Assembly (NCBI GenBank): GCA_030390025.1
Contig: CM059431.1
Location: 133,674,001 to 133,738,000, forward strand
Source of the DNA: Squalus acanthias
Lineage: Eukaryota
Direction: 5' to 3'
DNA: 64,000 nt
The position numbers were made by a program, and so were the translations under genes. Of the stretch, positions 23,835 through 35,690 are shown piece by piece. The notes below the pieces were generated by a model. It searched no databases. It was not told the origin of the DNA and was given only the letters and a program-made list of their open reading frames with translations. Each line of letters opens with the position of its first letter. Position 1 is the first letter of the stretch.

Positions 23835-25713
23835 AAGACAGTCCAGAATGTCACCCGAGCACAACGCAACGCCATCCACGCTCTCAAGACCAACCGCAAC
23901 ATTGTCATCAAACCAGCGGACAAAGGAGGAGCCATCGTCATACAGAACAGAACGGACTATTGTAAAGAAGCATACCGACAACTGGACAACCAGGAACACT
24001 ACAGACAGCTACCCGCAGATCCGACCAAAGAACACACCCGCCAACTCAATAGACTGATCAAGACCTTCGATCCAGACCTTCAAAACATCCTACGCGCTCT
24101 CATCCCACGTAATCCCCGCGTGGGAGACTTCTACTGCCTCCCAAAGATACACAAAGCCAACACACCCGGACGTCCTATCGTATCAGGCAATGGAACCCTG
24201 TGTGAGAACCTCTCTGGATACGTCGAGGGCATTCTGAAACCCATCGTACAGGGAACCCCCAGCTTCTGTCGCGACACTACAGACTTCTTACAGAAACTCA
24301 GCACCCACGGACCAGTTGAACCAGGAACACTCCTTGCCACGATGGACGTATCGGCACTCTACACCAGTATCCCCCACGATGACGGCATCGCTGCAACAGC
24401 CTCAGTACTCAACATCAACAACAGCCAATCTCCAGACGCCATCCTACAACTCATCCGCTTCATCCTTGACCACAATGTCTTCACCTTCGACAACCATTTT
24501 TTTACCCAAACACACGGAACAGCCATGGGGACCAAATTCGCACCCCAATACGCCAACATCTTCATGCACAAGTTCGAGCAAGACTTCTTCGCTGCACAAG
24601 ACCTCCAGCCAACGCTGTATACCAGATACATCGACGACATTTTCTTCCTTTGGACCCATGGCGAAGGATCACTGAAAAGACTACACGATAACATAAACAT
24701 GTTCCATCCCACCATCAAACTCACCATGGACTACTCCTCAGAATCAGTCTCATTCCTGGACACACGAATCTCCATCAAAGACGGACACCTCAGCACTTCA
24801 CTCTACCGCAAGCCCACGGACAACCTCACGATGCTCCACTTCTCCAGCTTCCACCCTAACCATGTTAAAGAAGCCATCCCCTATGGACAAGCCCTGCGAA
24901 TACACAGGATCTGCTCAGACGAGGAGGAACGCGATGGACACCTACGGACGCTGAAAAACGCCCTCGTAAGAACGGGATATGACGCTCGACTCATCGATCG
25001 ACAGTTCCGACGGGCCACAGCGAAAAATCGCATAGACCTCCTCAGAAGGCAAACACGGGACACAACCAACAGGGTACCCTACGTCGTCCAGTACTTCCCC
25101 GGAGCGGAGAAACTACGCCATGTTCTTCGCAGCCTTCAACATGTCATCGATGACGACAAACACCTCGCTAAGGCCATCCCCACGCCTCCACTACTTGCCT
25201 TCAAACAGCCGCCTAACCTCAGAAGTACCATCGTTCGCAGCAAATTACCCAGCTTTCAGGATAACAGCGACCACGACACCACACAACCCTGCCATGGCAA
25301 ACTCTGCAAGACATGCCAGATCATCAACACAGATACCACCATCACACGTGAGGACACTACCCACCAGGTACATGGTACATACTCATGTGACTCGGCCAAC
25401 GTTGTCTACCTCATACGTTGCAGGAAAGAATGCACCGCGGCATGGTACATCGGCGAGACCATGCAGACACTGAGACAACGTATGAACGAGCACCGCGCAA
25501 CAATCGCCAGGCAGGATTGTTACCTCCCAGTCGGGGAACACTTCAGCAGTCAAGGACATTCAGCCTCGGATCTGCGGGTAAGCGTTCTCCAAGGCAACCT
25601 TAGAAACACACGGACAACGCAAAATCATCGAGCAGAAACTGATAGCCAAGTTCCGCACTCATGAAGACGGTCTCAATCGGGATCTTGGGTTTATGTCACG
25701 ATACATGACGTGA
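23835..25713 (+). pseudogene. Penelope-like RT/GIY-YIG endonuclease ORF (open from the truncation point; one frameshift near 25613)
   Basis: IKPADKGG, FYCLPKIHK..PGRPIVS, DVSALYTSIP, GTAMG, RYIDD, FLD, YRKPT; Cys-rich linker CHGKLCKTC; VVYLIRC...WYIGET; the shifted frame completes EQKLI...GLNRDLGFMSRYMT*. Confidence 0.92.
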
Positions 25714-26046
25714 TCCGGACTCGAGTCGTCGTTAGCTTGTTCACAGATGTGATTCCCAGTAAAAAAAGTAAAAATTTTCCCAGTAAAAAAGTAAAAAAAT
25801 GTTAAAGCTTTTCGTTTTACATACAGACGGCAGCTTTTGACACGTTAGAACCCCTGCGACTACACCTCATTGTCTCAGTTGTATCTTGCTATGTCTTTGA
25901 TGTGGTACCTTCCTGGCTGACTTAATTAACTTTATCACACCTCGGCAGATAGTCAGGATGATTTAATTTATTGGTCTGCAATTGTAAAGTACACATTCTT
26001 TGTTTTCCATCTATATATGCTTTGGAGATTCTGTATCTAATTTACT

Positions 26047-26089
26047 TCACCTGAGGAAGGAGCAAATCGATAGCTCCGAAAGCTTGTGA
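26047..26089 (+). ncRNA. Minimal type-I hammerhead ribozyme
   Basis: Stem I TCAC/GTGA; core CTGAGGA; extra A; stem II GGAGC/GCTCC; GAAA; palindromic AGCT in place of stem III; predicted cleavage after 26085. Confidence 0.85.
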
Positions 26090-26232
26090 TTTCAAATAAA
26101 ACTGTTGGACTATAACCTGGTGTTGTGCGACCTCTCAATTTTTTCCTAAAACTCACCATTGAAACCAAGACGAGAAGAGATTAGCAATTCATGGAGCTCA
26201 TTAAAAGTCAGGCAAATAGATCAATAAATACT

Positions 26233-27342
26233 TGCCTAGAAATTTGAATAGGCCGGAAACCTGCCAGTAACAGCGCGGGCCAAGGCTAACCGGCTGCCCG
26301 CAAAAAGAGCGCAGGCAGCACCGGTATTTTGGTGCTACCTGCTAATTTACATGAGCGGAGTGGAGAATCTGTTGTGCAACACGCTCTTTCCGGAGCTAAC
26401 CTCAGCAGGAGGTGTGTGCTCCACCATGGTGCTGGAGGGGGAGGGGGATGGGGATGCACCATCTTGCAGCTCACAGTGACAGTGCTCTAGCCTGCATATC
26501 ACAAAGGGGAATCACTCCCTGGTGAGTGGCTCTTAAAGCACAGGCTCAGATCTGGAGGGACTGTGACTGGAAACGTCACATAAGACGGCAGAGATGTCCT
26601 TAAACCGTTGCATGAGACATCAATGGAAATAAATTTTTAAGAAAAGGGGAACATGAACTTTTGGTCAGGAGTTTATTGGTGTAAATGGTGCAGAGGAGAG
26701 TTTATTAAATTTTTAACAACAGCAGAATTTCAAAAAATCTTGTTGAGAATATGTTGTCAAGCCTTTTGAAAGCAGACTTCCAAACTTTGCATATCATTTT
26801 TTAGTTCCTAAACTAGAAAATCCCAATGTATAAAATTTAAGGAAATGCAACTTTGATATTTCCTGAGATTATTATAACAGTAGTACAGTACAGTTTATTT
26901 TAAAAGTATTTACCTCCTATACTGTTTGACTGACCGGGGGGGAGATTTGATGCATCTCATTGGAAGCAGTTTTCACTCCAATAGCTCTCCATAGTTACCA
27001 GTTATCTCAGCAGCTGTTTATTGTATGGGCTCTAGCTCACTGCCGCTTTCTCCCTCCTCTCTGCGCTGTCAACATCTGCATGCATGGGCGTGCTTTGGAG
27101 AGGGCGGTAAGAGGAGCAGCAAGCTCCAAAATGGATGAGCGTGAGTCAATTCGGGGTTGTACGCCAATTGAAGACACGCTCCTGCTAATTAAATACTTGC
27201 CGCGAGCACAGGCAACGGCAGTGCTGCCGAAAATGGCGGCGGCCGCGGGACCCACTGGAAGCAAATGGAAGTGAGGTCGGCTCCATTTTTTTCAACAAAA
27301 CAAGCCTTAACGGCCAGCGCTAACACCTCCAATTTCTAGGCC
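26233..27342. mobile_element. Non-autonomous Harbinger-type element nested in a larger Harbinger
   Basis: TIRs GCCTAGAAATT / AATTTCTAGGC. Confidence 0.6.
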
Positions 27343-27454
27343 ATTCAGTGCTCACAGCTACTTTCTTACCTCCTACTGGGAAAGGGTTTGTTGAAAGTAC
27401 TTGTGGTGAGAGGCTAATTTGTGCACTTTGGAGGTATTGAAGCTCAAGATCCAG

Positions 27455-28568
27455 ATGGCTGGTGCCATGGCTGCTTTAGATTGGACCTCGAACGAGGAGC
27501 AAGATGATGATTAGCAGCAGCAACATTCAGGTGTGGAGAGACCGGCAGGTGGTCAGCAGAGAGGGGGGGGCAGCAGAGGGGTCGAGCTCGCAGGAGGCAT
27601 TACCGTGTAACAGGATGTACAGGCAGAGGCTCAGCTTCCTTGACCTCTCAGAAGAGCAGTGCTTCCGGAGGCAGAGGGGCAGATGTTGTCGTGTCAGGTG
27701 GTGGCAGACATCTGCAGCCTTCTAGGAGAAGACCTGCTCCCTGCCGGACCTGGTGCCCATGTGGCTGTCAAAGTAACCACTGCCCTCAACTTTTTTGCCT
27801 CTGGATCCTTCCAGGGCACTACCGGAGACATATCCAGGATCTCCCAGTCAGTTGCAAAGAAATGCATAAGGCAGGCCACTGATGGATTGTTTGCCAGGGT
27901 CGACAATTATGTCAACTTCGCCTGTGATGACGCCAGTCAGAATGAACAGGTGTTCGGGTTTGCGGCTCTGGCTTGTCTTCCACAGATGCAGGGCATCACT
28001 GACTGCACACGTGTGGCAATCTGCCCACCCCTAGATCAACCAGGAGTATTCGTGAACCACAGGGCCTTTCACTCCATCAATATGCAGCTGCTGTGCAACA
28101 ACAAGAAAAAGTTTATGCAGGTGTGCACCAGATTCCCGGGGAGCTGCCATGATGCTTTCATCCTGCGGCAGTCCAAGCTCCACGACCTCTTTGGACCTGC
28201 AAGCAGAATTAAGGGGTGGCTGCTAGGAGACAAAGGATACCCCCCTTCAAACTTGGCTGACGACGCCCATGAGAAACCCAACCAATGAAGTCCAAGAGCA
28301 GTACAACAAAAATCATGTGACAACAAGATGTGTCAATGAGCAACCGATCGCCATGCTCAAGATGCACTTCAGGTGCCTGGACAGATCTGGAGGCATCCTT
28401 CAGTACTTGCCTGCATACAACATTGCACAGCAGCGAGGATTGGAGCTGCAGGAGGAAAAAGGCACTGAGCACACATCATCTGGGGACAAATCCAATGAAG
28501 AGGAGAAGAAAGATGGTGACCCCAACGCGGAATCAGCCGCTGCCTGGGTGCCTGGAATTCCCTTATAG
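27455..28568 (+). pseudogene. PIF/Harbinger DDE transposase (HARBI1-like), frameshifted
   Basis: KVTTALNFFASGSFQ, ISQS, GITDCTRVAI, FHSINMQLLC, RFPGSCHDAFIL, LLGDKGYP, YNKNHVTTR..EQ...LKMHFRCLD, spread over three frames. Confidence 0.9.
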
Positions 28569-29314
28569 CTGCAAGGCTCAGTTAGTCACTACCACTCAAA
28601 CAATCTAACAATCACCTGCAATGGCCACTATCACCCCCACCCCCCCCACCAAACCCACTGTCACAAAGCAGTCCTGTAACCAACCCCATTGCATATCCCC
28701 CCATTGGTCCCCATCAATTCATGCCTTCCCTTCATCAACAAGCATCTGAAAAGGCAAGTTGCCACCCGGCAACCAAGAATGGGCAAGAGAAGAAAGTGGT
28801 GTAAAGTAATACATTTTATGTGATTGTACTAAAGAATGGAAACTTAACAGCATAACATAGAAACATAGAAGATAGGAGCAGGAGTAGGCCATTTGGCCCC
28901 TTTTCCTACCACTCCCATGAGGTAGAGGCAGGCTGCTCAGATCCATGCTGTGACTGTCAAGATGTTCTTGGCCGATGACCTCTGGGTGTTGAAGCCTGAG
29001 GGCCCCGCCAAAGACTGCTCCATCTGCACCTGTGCAGGGGAAGACTCAGCCATCGGGGGAGGAGGCAGCATATCGGGTACCGGCTGAGTGGGGAGAGGGG
29101 CATCAGGTGAGAAGTGGGAGCATTTCGAGTGGAGTTCCCACTTCCAGGTCCCCTTTCACCATCATCCCTCTCATGGGCCAGCCACACTTCACTCCTACCA
29201 CTCTGCTGGAGAGCAGCTTGGTGCAGATCAGTGGCACTTGTAATGCCAAGGCTAAGGTTTCTGTAATCCTATTTAAGGCACCAGACATGTTGACATCCAG
29301 GGTCTCATAGCCAT

Positions 29315-29955
29315 GGCCAAGGCCTGCATGGTGCCCAGAATTGTCCACAATACTCTAGCTGAGGCCTAACCAGTGATCTGCCACTTCTCTTCTAGGAATG
29401 CCCACAGTGATTTGTAAAGTTCCAGCATGATCTCTTTCCTTTTATATTCTCTGCCTCTATTTATAAACCCAAGTAACCCATATGCTTTTTTACTACCTTA
29501 TTAACTTGCCCTGCCATCTATAAGGAATTGTGTACATGGACAACAAGGTCTCTCTGCTCATCTCCACTTTTCAAAATCGTGCCGTGCACTGTATACTGTC
29601 TTTCCATGTTAGTCCTCCCAAAGTGCATCACTTCACACTTCTCCACATTGAACTCCATCTGCCATGCTTCTGCCCATTTCACCATCCTGTCTATGTCATC
29701 CTGAAGCCTATCACTATCCTCATCACTATCTACTACATTGCCAAGTTTCGTATCGTCTGCAAACTTTATAATGCTACTCCTTACATCCTAGTCTAGGCCA
29801 TTTATAAAAATTGAAGAGTAATGGACCCAAAACTGACCACTGCAAACCACCTCCCAGTCTGAAAAACACTCATCCATCATCATCCTTAGCTTCCAGTCAA
29901 TGAGCCAATTCCATATCCATACCACCACTTTCCCCTTAATTTCCTGGGCTTCCAA
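29315..29955 (-). mobile_element. CR1 RT fragment
   Basis: Minus strand encodes KFADDTKLG and WQMEFNVEKCEVMHFG. Confidence 0.8.
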
Positions 29956-30607
29956 TGATTATCCTTTTCATTGAGAGCCCCCGGGATACAACATCTGTGT
30001 CCAGCTGAGCAGAGCTTGAAGAGGGCTGCATCCTCTGAGGCGGACTCTCCACAGCGCTCCCTACCACAGCTGTCTGCTCTTGCTCACTTGTGAACTGTGA
30101 GTCACATGGTGAAATCCCGACTAACTACTTAGCTGGACCCACCGAAGTGCGAGTATCTGCACTGGTGCATGGTAAGCAGGAGTCCTGTGATGGTGCACCC
30201 TCAGAAGGAATCAGCTCCACTGAGGATTCATCGTCCCAGAGGTCCATTGACTGCTGCTGTACACGTGAAGGCCCTGGTGGAGAAAAAAGATATAAATTAG
30301 TACTAGCAAGATAATAATGTTGCAACTTAACATTATGAAGATATTTCACTCGCTGCTGAAATCAAATCAACATGACTGAATGTTGTATGTCATTTGAGTT
30401 GCTGTTATTTAATTCTGTTACCAGGTAGCTGCGAGGTCCCAATCTCTCCATCTCCAATGGTCAGAGACACCGAAATGCCATTAATCTCCATCACTTCCTC
30501 CACTGCAGCTAGTAACTGCATGATCTGTGAAGGACCACCTCCGGTCCTCTCCCTGTCCCTAGGGTTCTGTGCTCTCTTCTTCAACGGGGGAAAGAATAGA
30601 CCTATGA

Positions 30608-31250
30608 AAAAAATGTATTCGTTCATGGGATGTGGGCGTCGCTGGCAATCCCAGCATTTATTCCCCATCCCTAATTGCCTTTGAGAAGGTGGCAGTGAGC
30701 CGCCTTCTTGAACCGCTGCAGTCCGTGTGGTGAAGGTACTCCCACAGTGCTGTTAGGGAGGGAGTTCCAGGATTTTGACCCAGCGACGATGAAGGAACGG
30801 CAATATACTTCCAAGTCAGGATGGTGTGTGACTTGGAGGGGAACTTGGAGGTGGTGGTGTTCCCATGCGTCTGCTGCCCTTGTCCTTCTAGGTGGTAGAG
30901 GTCGTGGGTTTGGGAGGTGCTGCCAAAGAAGCCTTGGCGAGTTGCTGCAGTGCATCTTGTAGATGGTACACACTGCAGCAACGGTGCACCGGTGGTGGAG
31001 GGAGTGAATGTTTAAGGTGGTGGATGGGGTGCCGATCAAGCGGGCTGCTTTGTCTTGGATGGTGTCGAGCTTCTTGAGTGTTGGAGCTGCACTCATCAGG
31101 CAAGTGGAGATTATTCCATCACACTCCTTACTTGTGCCTTGTAGATGGTGGAAAGGCTTTGGGGAGTCAGGAGGTGAGACACTTGCCACAGAATACCCAG
31201 CCTCTGACCTGTTCTTGTTGCCACAGTATTTGTGTGGCTGGTCCAGTGAC
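30608..31250 (-). mobile_element. 3' end of a second non-LTR retrotransposon (CR1/L2 group)
   Basis: IYKAQVRSVME...KKLDTIQDKAARLI...SWNSLP...FKKAAH; its tail GGGCAATTAGGGATGGG..ATAAATGCTGG recurs at ~1080 (+) and ~62440 (-). Confidence 0.8.
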
Positions 31251-32954
31251 TGTAATGGCACATGTTCACCCAATGGATGCAGTGCATTTGGTGAGGCTGA
31301 CTATCAGGGAGAGGCATCAAATTGCATAAAGATTAGGGTGAGTGACAGTGGTGGACGGATAGATGGGGATGTGAGGAAGTCCATAGAAAGAGAACAATGG
31401 GTGCACTTGCAAGGTAAGTGGTTGTGAGTAGTTATGTGATGGAGTAGGCTTGACAAGGCAGAGTGAGACGGCAGGGGAGTTGATCTGTACAACAGGATGT
31501 AGGTGAATGTGTAACTATACTCACCTTTCCTGACCCGGATAAGTCACTAAGGCGCTTCCTGCACTGAATCCAGGAGCATGCCATAATGCTCCTGGTGCTG
31601 ACCTCCTCAGCTACCTCCAGCCATGCCTTCTTTGTTGCAGCGGCAGATTTCTTCCGCCCATTGCTGGGGAAGAGTATCTCTCTCCAGCTCTGCACTAACC
31701 CCAGCAGTACATCAAGCGATGCATCGTTAAATCAAGGCGCATCCCGTGACCATGAATCCACGATGAAACTTCACCCTCTCTTTGTTCAAACTCCTAACCC
31801 CTCTAAATTCCATCTTTGGATTGGCCCTTTAAATACTGGAGTTGAGATCATGTCATGCGGGTCCACACCACACCTGCAAACCCAGAAGTAATTTTATAAT
31901 TAGGTGGCTGCGTTAAGATGCCACAGACCGACAGTTCTTCCAGGTTTCCCACTTGATATCGCACCCCACCGTTCTGAACGTGCCTCAGAGTTATTATTGG
32001 GGCCATTCTGTCCGTACATACTGCGACCCATCCCCATGTTATCAGTTCTTAGCCATTGCTCCTAAAGGTGTCCCTGTTAAATAACCTGTTGTTCCTTTCT
32101 GTGCCGGGCCCCGGTACCTTTGATGAGTAGCGCCGCTCTCGATCTGCCATTATTCTACTTACTTTCCAACAAATTGTGGTGCAGATTTTCCATTGGAGGA
32201 TTGGGGAGCATAACAGTCTAATTTATGACATTTGTTGCCAATATCACCATTGTGTTAAATTCCAGGCCTTTGACTGCTCGTGCGCTGCTTTTTCTATTTT
32301 GGTTGTGTTGGCTGTTGTAGCTGACGTTAAATTTTCCAAAAAATTATCTGGCTGAGGCTACAGTGCAATTGTGACCAGGGATTTCGGCAAAACTGTGGTT
32401 GGAATTCTGGGTTTGACAATTAGGATGCCATTGTGGCAGGAAGAGGAGGAGGAGCAGCAGCAGGATGAGTCCACAGACCTGCAGCTGCAGGGAGAAAAGG
32501 CAGAAGGAAGGAATCTCGCAGGAGCCCTTACCTTACTAGAGTGTGGAGGCCTGCAGTCTAGCAAGGAACAGTGTGTGAGGAGGTTCAGCTTTTCGAGGGA
32601 GGCAGTCACAGAGCTATGTTACCTGCTGCAGCACCAACTGCAGCCCAGCATCAGGTCACACTCGTCCTTGCTTGTTGTTCTGAAAGTGACTATGGCTTTA
32701 ATCTTTATGCCTCAGGGTCATTCCAGGCTGCAGTAGGTGACATTAGCAGCATTAGTCAATCTGTTGTGAATGCCTGTTTCAAGCAGGTGACAGATTTGTT
32801 CTTCACCAGAGCCAACAAGTTCCTCTTCTTCCCTACAGAGGCTGCAAATGAGGAAGATGGGACAAGCAAGGCCCACCTATCCTGCCATCTGCAAGAGCTC
32901 TTCAACAGCAGGTCATCCAGGAGTGCTTCAGCTAAATCATCCATATTCTCCTGC

Positions 32955-33160
32955 ATCAACAACAATAATTTGCATTTATATTGCTCCTTTAACGTAGTAA
33001 AAACAGCCCAAGGGGCTTCACAGGAACGATTATCAAACAAAATTTGACACTGATATTGGGACAGGTGGTCAAAAGCTTTATCAAAGAGGTAGGTTTTAAG
33101 GAGTGACTTAAAGGGGGAGAAAGATAAAGAGGCAGAGAGGTTTAGGGAGGGAATTTCAGA
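32955..33160 (-). mobile_element. L2 3' tail
   Basis: Matches 2565-2765. Confidence 0.8.
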
Positions 33161-33358
33161 GGTCAATGGGAAGCTGCAGCATACAAGTGACCACTCTATG
33201 GGGCACCAGATTGACATTCTGAGTGTGGGAGGGACAGAGTTCAGTCGCGAGAGGAAAATGGTCAAACACCTTAAGGGACACTTCCTCCAGCCTTGCCATC
33301 TGCCACACTTTGTGCTTTCTCTCCGCCAATTACATTGATGGCCACCTCCATCATTGGT

Positions 33359-33574
33359 CATGATGCGGAGATGCCGGTGTTGGACTGGGGTGGACAAAAA
33401 TGAGAAGTCGCACAACACCAGGTTATAGTCCAACAGTTTTATTTGAAATCACAAGCTTTCGGAGCGCTGCTCCTTCGTCGGGTGACCCGACGAAGGAGCA
33501 ACAGCTCCGAAAGCTTGTGATTTCAAATAAAACTGTTGGACTATAACCTGGTGTTGTGCGACTTCTCATTTTTG
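33359..33574. mobile_element. Fold-back insertion of two Penelope 3' ends with two hammerhead motifs
   Basis: Arms 33391-33483 and 33485-33578 are reverse complements except for loop II; 12-bp direct repeat TCCATCATTGGT at 33347-33358 and 33575-33586. Confidence 0.9.
33449..33485 (-). ncRNA. Hammerhead motif with U4C core variant (mirror copy on + at 33485-33520)
   Basis: Minus strand TCAC-CCGACGA-A-GGAGC-AGC-GCTCC-GAAA-GC-TT-GTGA. Confidence 0.7.
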
Positions 33575-33775
33575 TCCATCATTGGTGCCAGCTCTTGAAT
33601 TGCTGGTGGCTCTCCCTTGGTCCTTTTGATCTCTCTTCTTTTGGGCACCAGCTTGTCCTGCAAGAAGAGTGTTAGTGTGTGGCCTGTTGAAGGGGTGTGA
33701 AGATGTATGTGGTAGCTTAGCATAGATTACCTGGTGAGAGAAGTAGCAGGTGTTTGGAAGATGGTCCAGTAATGA

Positions 33776-35690
33776 TAAACATAAGAACATAAGAAATAGG
33801 AGTAGGAATAGGCCGATTGGCCCCTCGAGCCAACTCCGCCATTCGATAAGACCATGGCTGATCTTGGGCTCAAAGCCACTTCCCCGCCCGCTCCCCATAA
33901 CCCTTCACTCCCTTATCTTGCAAAAATCTGTCTATCTCCACCTTAAATGTATTTAATGACCCAGCCTCCACAGCTCTCGGGGGCAGAGAATTCCACAGAT
34001 TTACAACCCTCTGAGAGAAGAAATTCCTCCTCATCTCAGTTCTAAAAGGGTGACCCTTTATTCTAAAACTGTGCCCCCTAGTTCTAGATTTCCCCACGAG
34101 GGGAAACATCCTCTCTGCATTTACCTTGTCGAGCCCCCTCAGTATCTTATATGTTTCAATAAGATCACCTCTCATTCTTCTAAATTCCAAAGAGTATAGG
34201 CCTAGCCTGCTCAACCTTTCCTCATAAGTCAACCCCCTCATCTCTGGAATTAACCTAGTGAATCGTCTCTGAACTGCCTCCAATGCAAGTATATCCTTCC
34301 TTAAATTAGGAGACCAAAACTGTACGCAGTACTCGAGGTGTGGTCTCACCAATACTCTGTACAGTTGTAGCAGGACGTCCCTGTTTTTATACTCCAACCC
34401 CTTTGAAATAAAGGCCAACATTCCATTTGCCTTTTTGATTACTTGCATGCTGACATTTTGTGTTTCATGCACAAGGACCCCCAGGGCCCTCTGAACTGTA
34501 GCATTTTGTAATCTCTCTCCATTTAAATAATAATTTGCTTTTTTATTTTTCCTGCCAAAGTGTATAACCTTGCACTTTCCCACATTATACTCCATCTGCC
34601 AAATCTTTGCCCACTCACTTAGCCTGTCTATATCCCTTTGCAGATTCTTTGAATCCTCTGCACAACTTGCTTTCCCACCCATCTTTGTATCATCCGCAAA
34701 CTTGGCTACATTACACTCGGTCCCTTCATCCAAGTTATTAATGTAGGTTGTAAATAGTTGAGGCCCCAGCACCGATCCCTGTGGCACCCCACTAGTTACC
34801 GTTTGCCAACCGGAATATGACCCATTTATCCCGACTCTCTGCTTTCTGTTAGTTAGCCAATTCTCTATCCATGCTAATATATTACCCCCAATTCTGTGAG
34901 CTCTTATCTTATGCAGTAACCTTTTATGTGGCACCTTATCGAATACCTTCTGGAAATCCAAATACACCACATCTACTGGTTCACCTTTGTCCACCCTGCT
35001 CGTTACCTCCTCAAAGAACTCCAGCAAATTTGTTAAACATGATTTCCCTTTCATAAAACCATGCTGACTCTGCTTGACTGCATTATGATTTTCCAAATGC
35101 CCTGCTACTGCTTCCTTAATGAAGGACTCTAGCATTTTCCCAATGACAGATGTTAGGCTAACTGGTCTATAGTTTCCTGCTTTCTGTCTCCCTCCTTTCT
35201 TAAATAGGGGTGTTACATTTACGGTTTTCCAATCCGCTGGGACCTCTCCAGAGTCCAGGGAATTTTGGTATATTGCAACCAATGCATCCACTATCTCTGC
35301 AGCCACTTCTTTTAAGGCCCTGGGATGCAGGCCATCTGGTCCAGGGAACTTGTCGTCTTTTAGTCCCATTATTTTACCAAGTACTATTTCCCTAGTGATA
35401 GTGATTGTCTTTAGTTCCGCCCTCCCTGTGGCCCCTTGATTATCCATTTTTGGGATGTTGTTAGTGTCTTCTACCGTGAAGACAGATACAAAATATTTGT
35501 TCAGAGTCTCTGCCATTTCCCCGTTCTCCATTATTAATTCCCCAGTCTCATCCTTTAAGGGACCAACGTTTACTTTAGCTACCCTCTTCCTTTTTATATA
35601 TCTGTAGAAGCTCTTACTATCTGTTTTAATGTGTCTTGCCAGTTTTCTCTCTCAATTCATCTTCTCTCTCATTATTATTTTTTTAGTCAA
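33776..35690 (-). mobile_element. Young 5'-truncated CR1
   Basis: AACATAAG-type tail repeats at ~33778; uninterrupted RT frame. Confidence 0.92.
33870..35531 (-). CDS. CR1 ORF2 reverse transcriptase region, 553 aa open frame (no endonuclease)
   Basis: PGPDG, NYRPVSLTS, QHGF, YLDFQKVFDKVPH, GVPQGSVLGP, KFADDTK, RPHLEYC. Confidence 0.85.
   Translation of the reverse strand: MENGEMAETLNKYFVSVFTVEDTNNIPKMDNQGATGRAELKTITITREIVLGKIMGLKDDKFPGPDGLHPRALKEVAAEIVDALVAIYQNSLDSGEVPADWKTVNVTPLFKKGGRQKAGNYRPVSLTSVIGKMLESFIKEAVAGHLENHNAVKQSQHGFMKGKSCLTNLLEFFEEVTSRVDKGEPVDVVYLDFQKVFDKVPHKRLLHKIRAHRIGGNILAWIENWLTNRKQRVGINGSYSGWQTVTSGVPQGSVLGPQLFTTYINNLDEGTECNVAKFADDTKMGGKASCAEDSKNLQRDIDRLSEWAKIWQMEYNVGKCKVIHFGRKNKKANYYLNGERLQNATVQRALGVLVHETQNVSMQVIKKANGMLAFISKGLEYKNRDVLLQLYRVLVRPHLEYCVQFWSPNLRKDILALEAVQRRFTRLIPEMRGLTYEERLSRLGLYSLEFRRMRGDLIETYKILRGLDKVNAERMFPLVGKSRTRGHSFRIKGHPFRTEMRRNFFSQRVVNLWNSLPPRAVEAGSLNTFKVEIDRFLQDKGVKGYGERAGKWL

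Larger units (their letters stand above)
23827..26142 (+). mobile_element. Penelope-like retroelement (Neptune-type), 5'-truncated
   Basis: RT + GIY-YIG ORF; 3' region with hammerhead and AATAAA (26095); 11-bp direct repeat TTCCTAAAACT at 23816-23826 and 26143-26153. Confidence 0.93.
28900..31760 (-). pseudogene. Spliced Myb/SANT-like (NAIF1-like) partner gene of the same Harbinger, decayed and interrupted by LINEs
   Basis: Exon 1 ~31525-31752 (REILFP...AWLEVAEEVS...WIQCRKRLSDL, AAG|GTGAGT); exon 2 ~30435-30590 (KRAQNPRDRERTGGGP); convergent with the transposase. Confidence 0.75.

Noticed and set aside
27455..28568. Domesticated HARBI1 host gene
   Set aside because: Multiple frameshifts, related decayed copies in the same window and transposon context.
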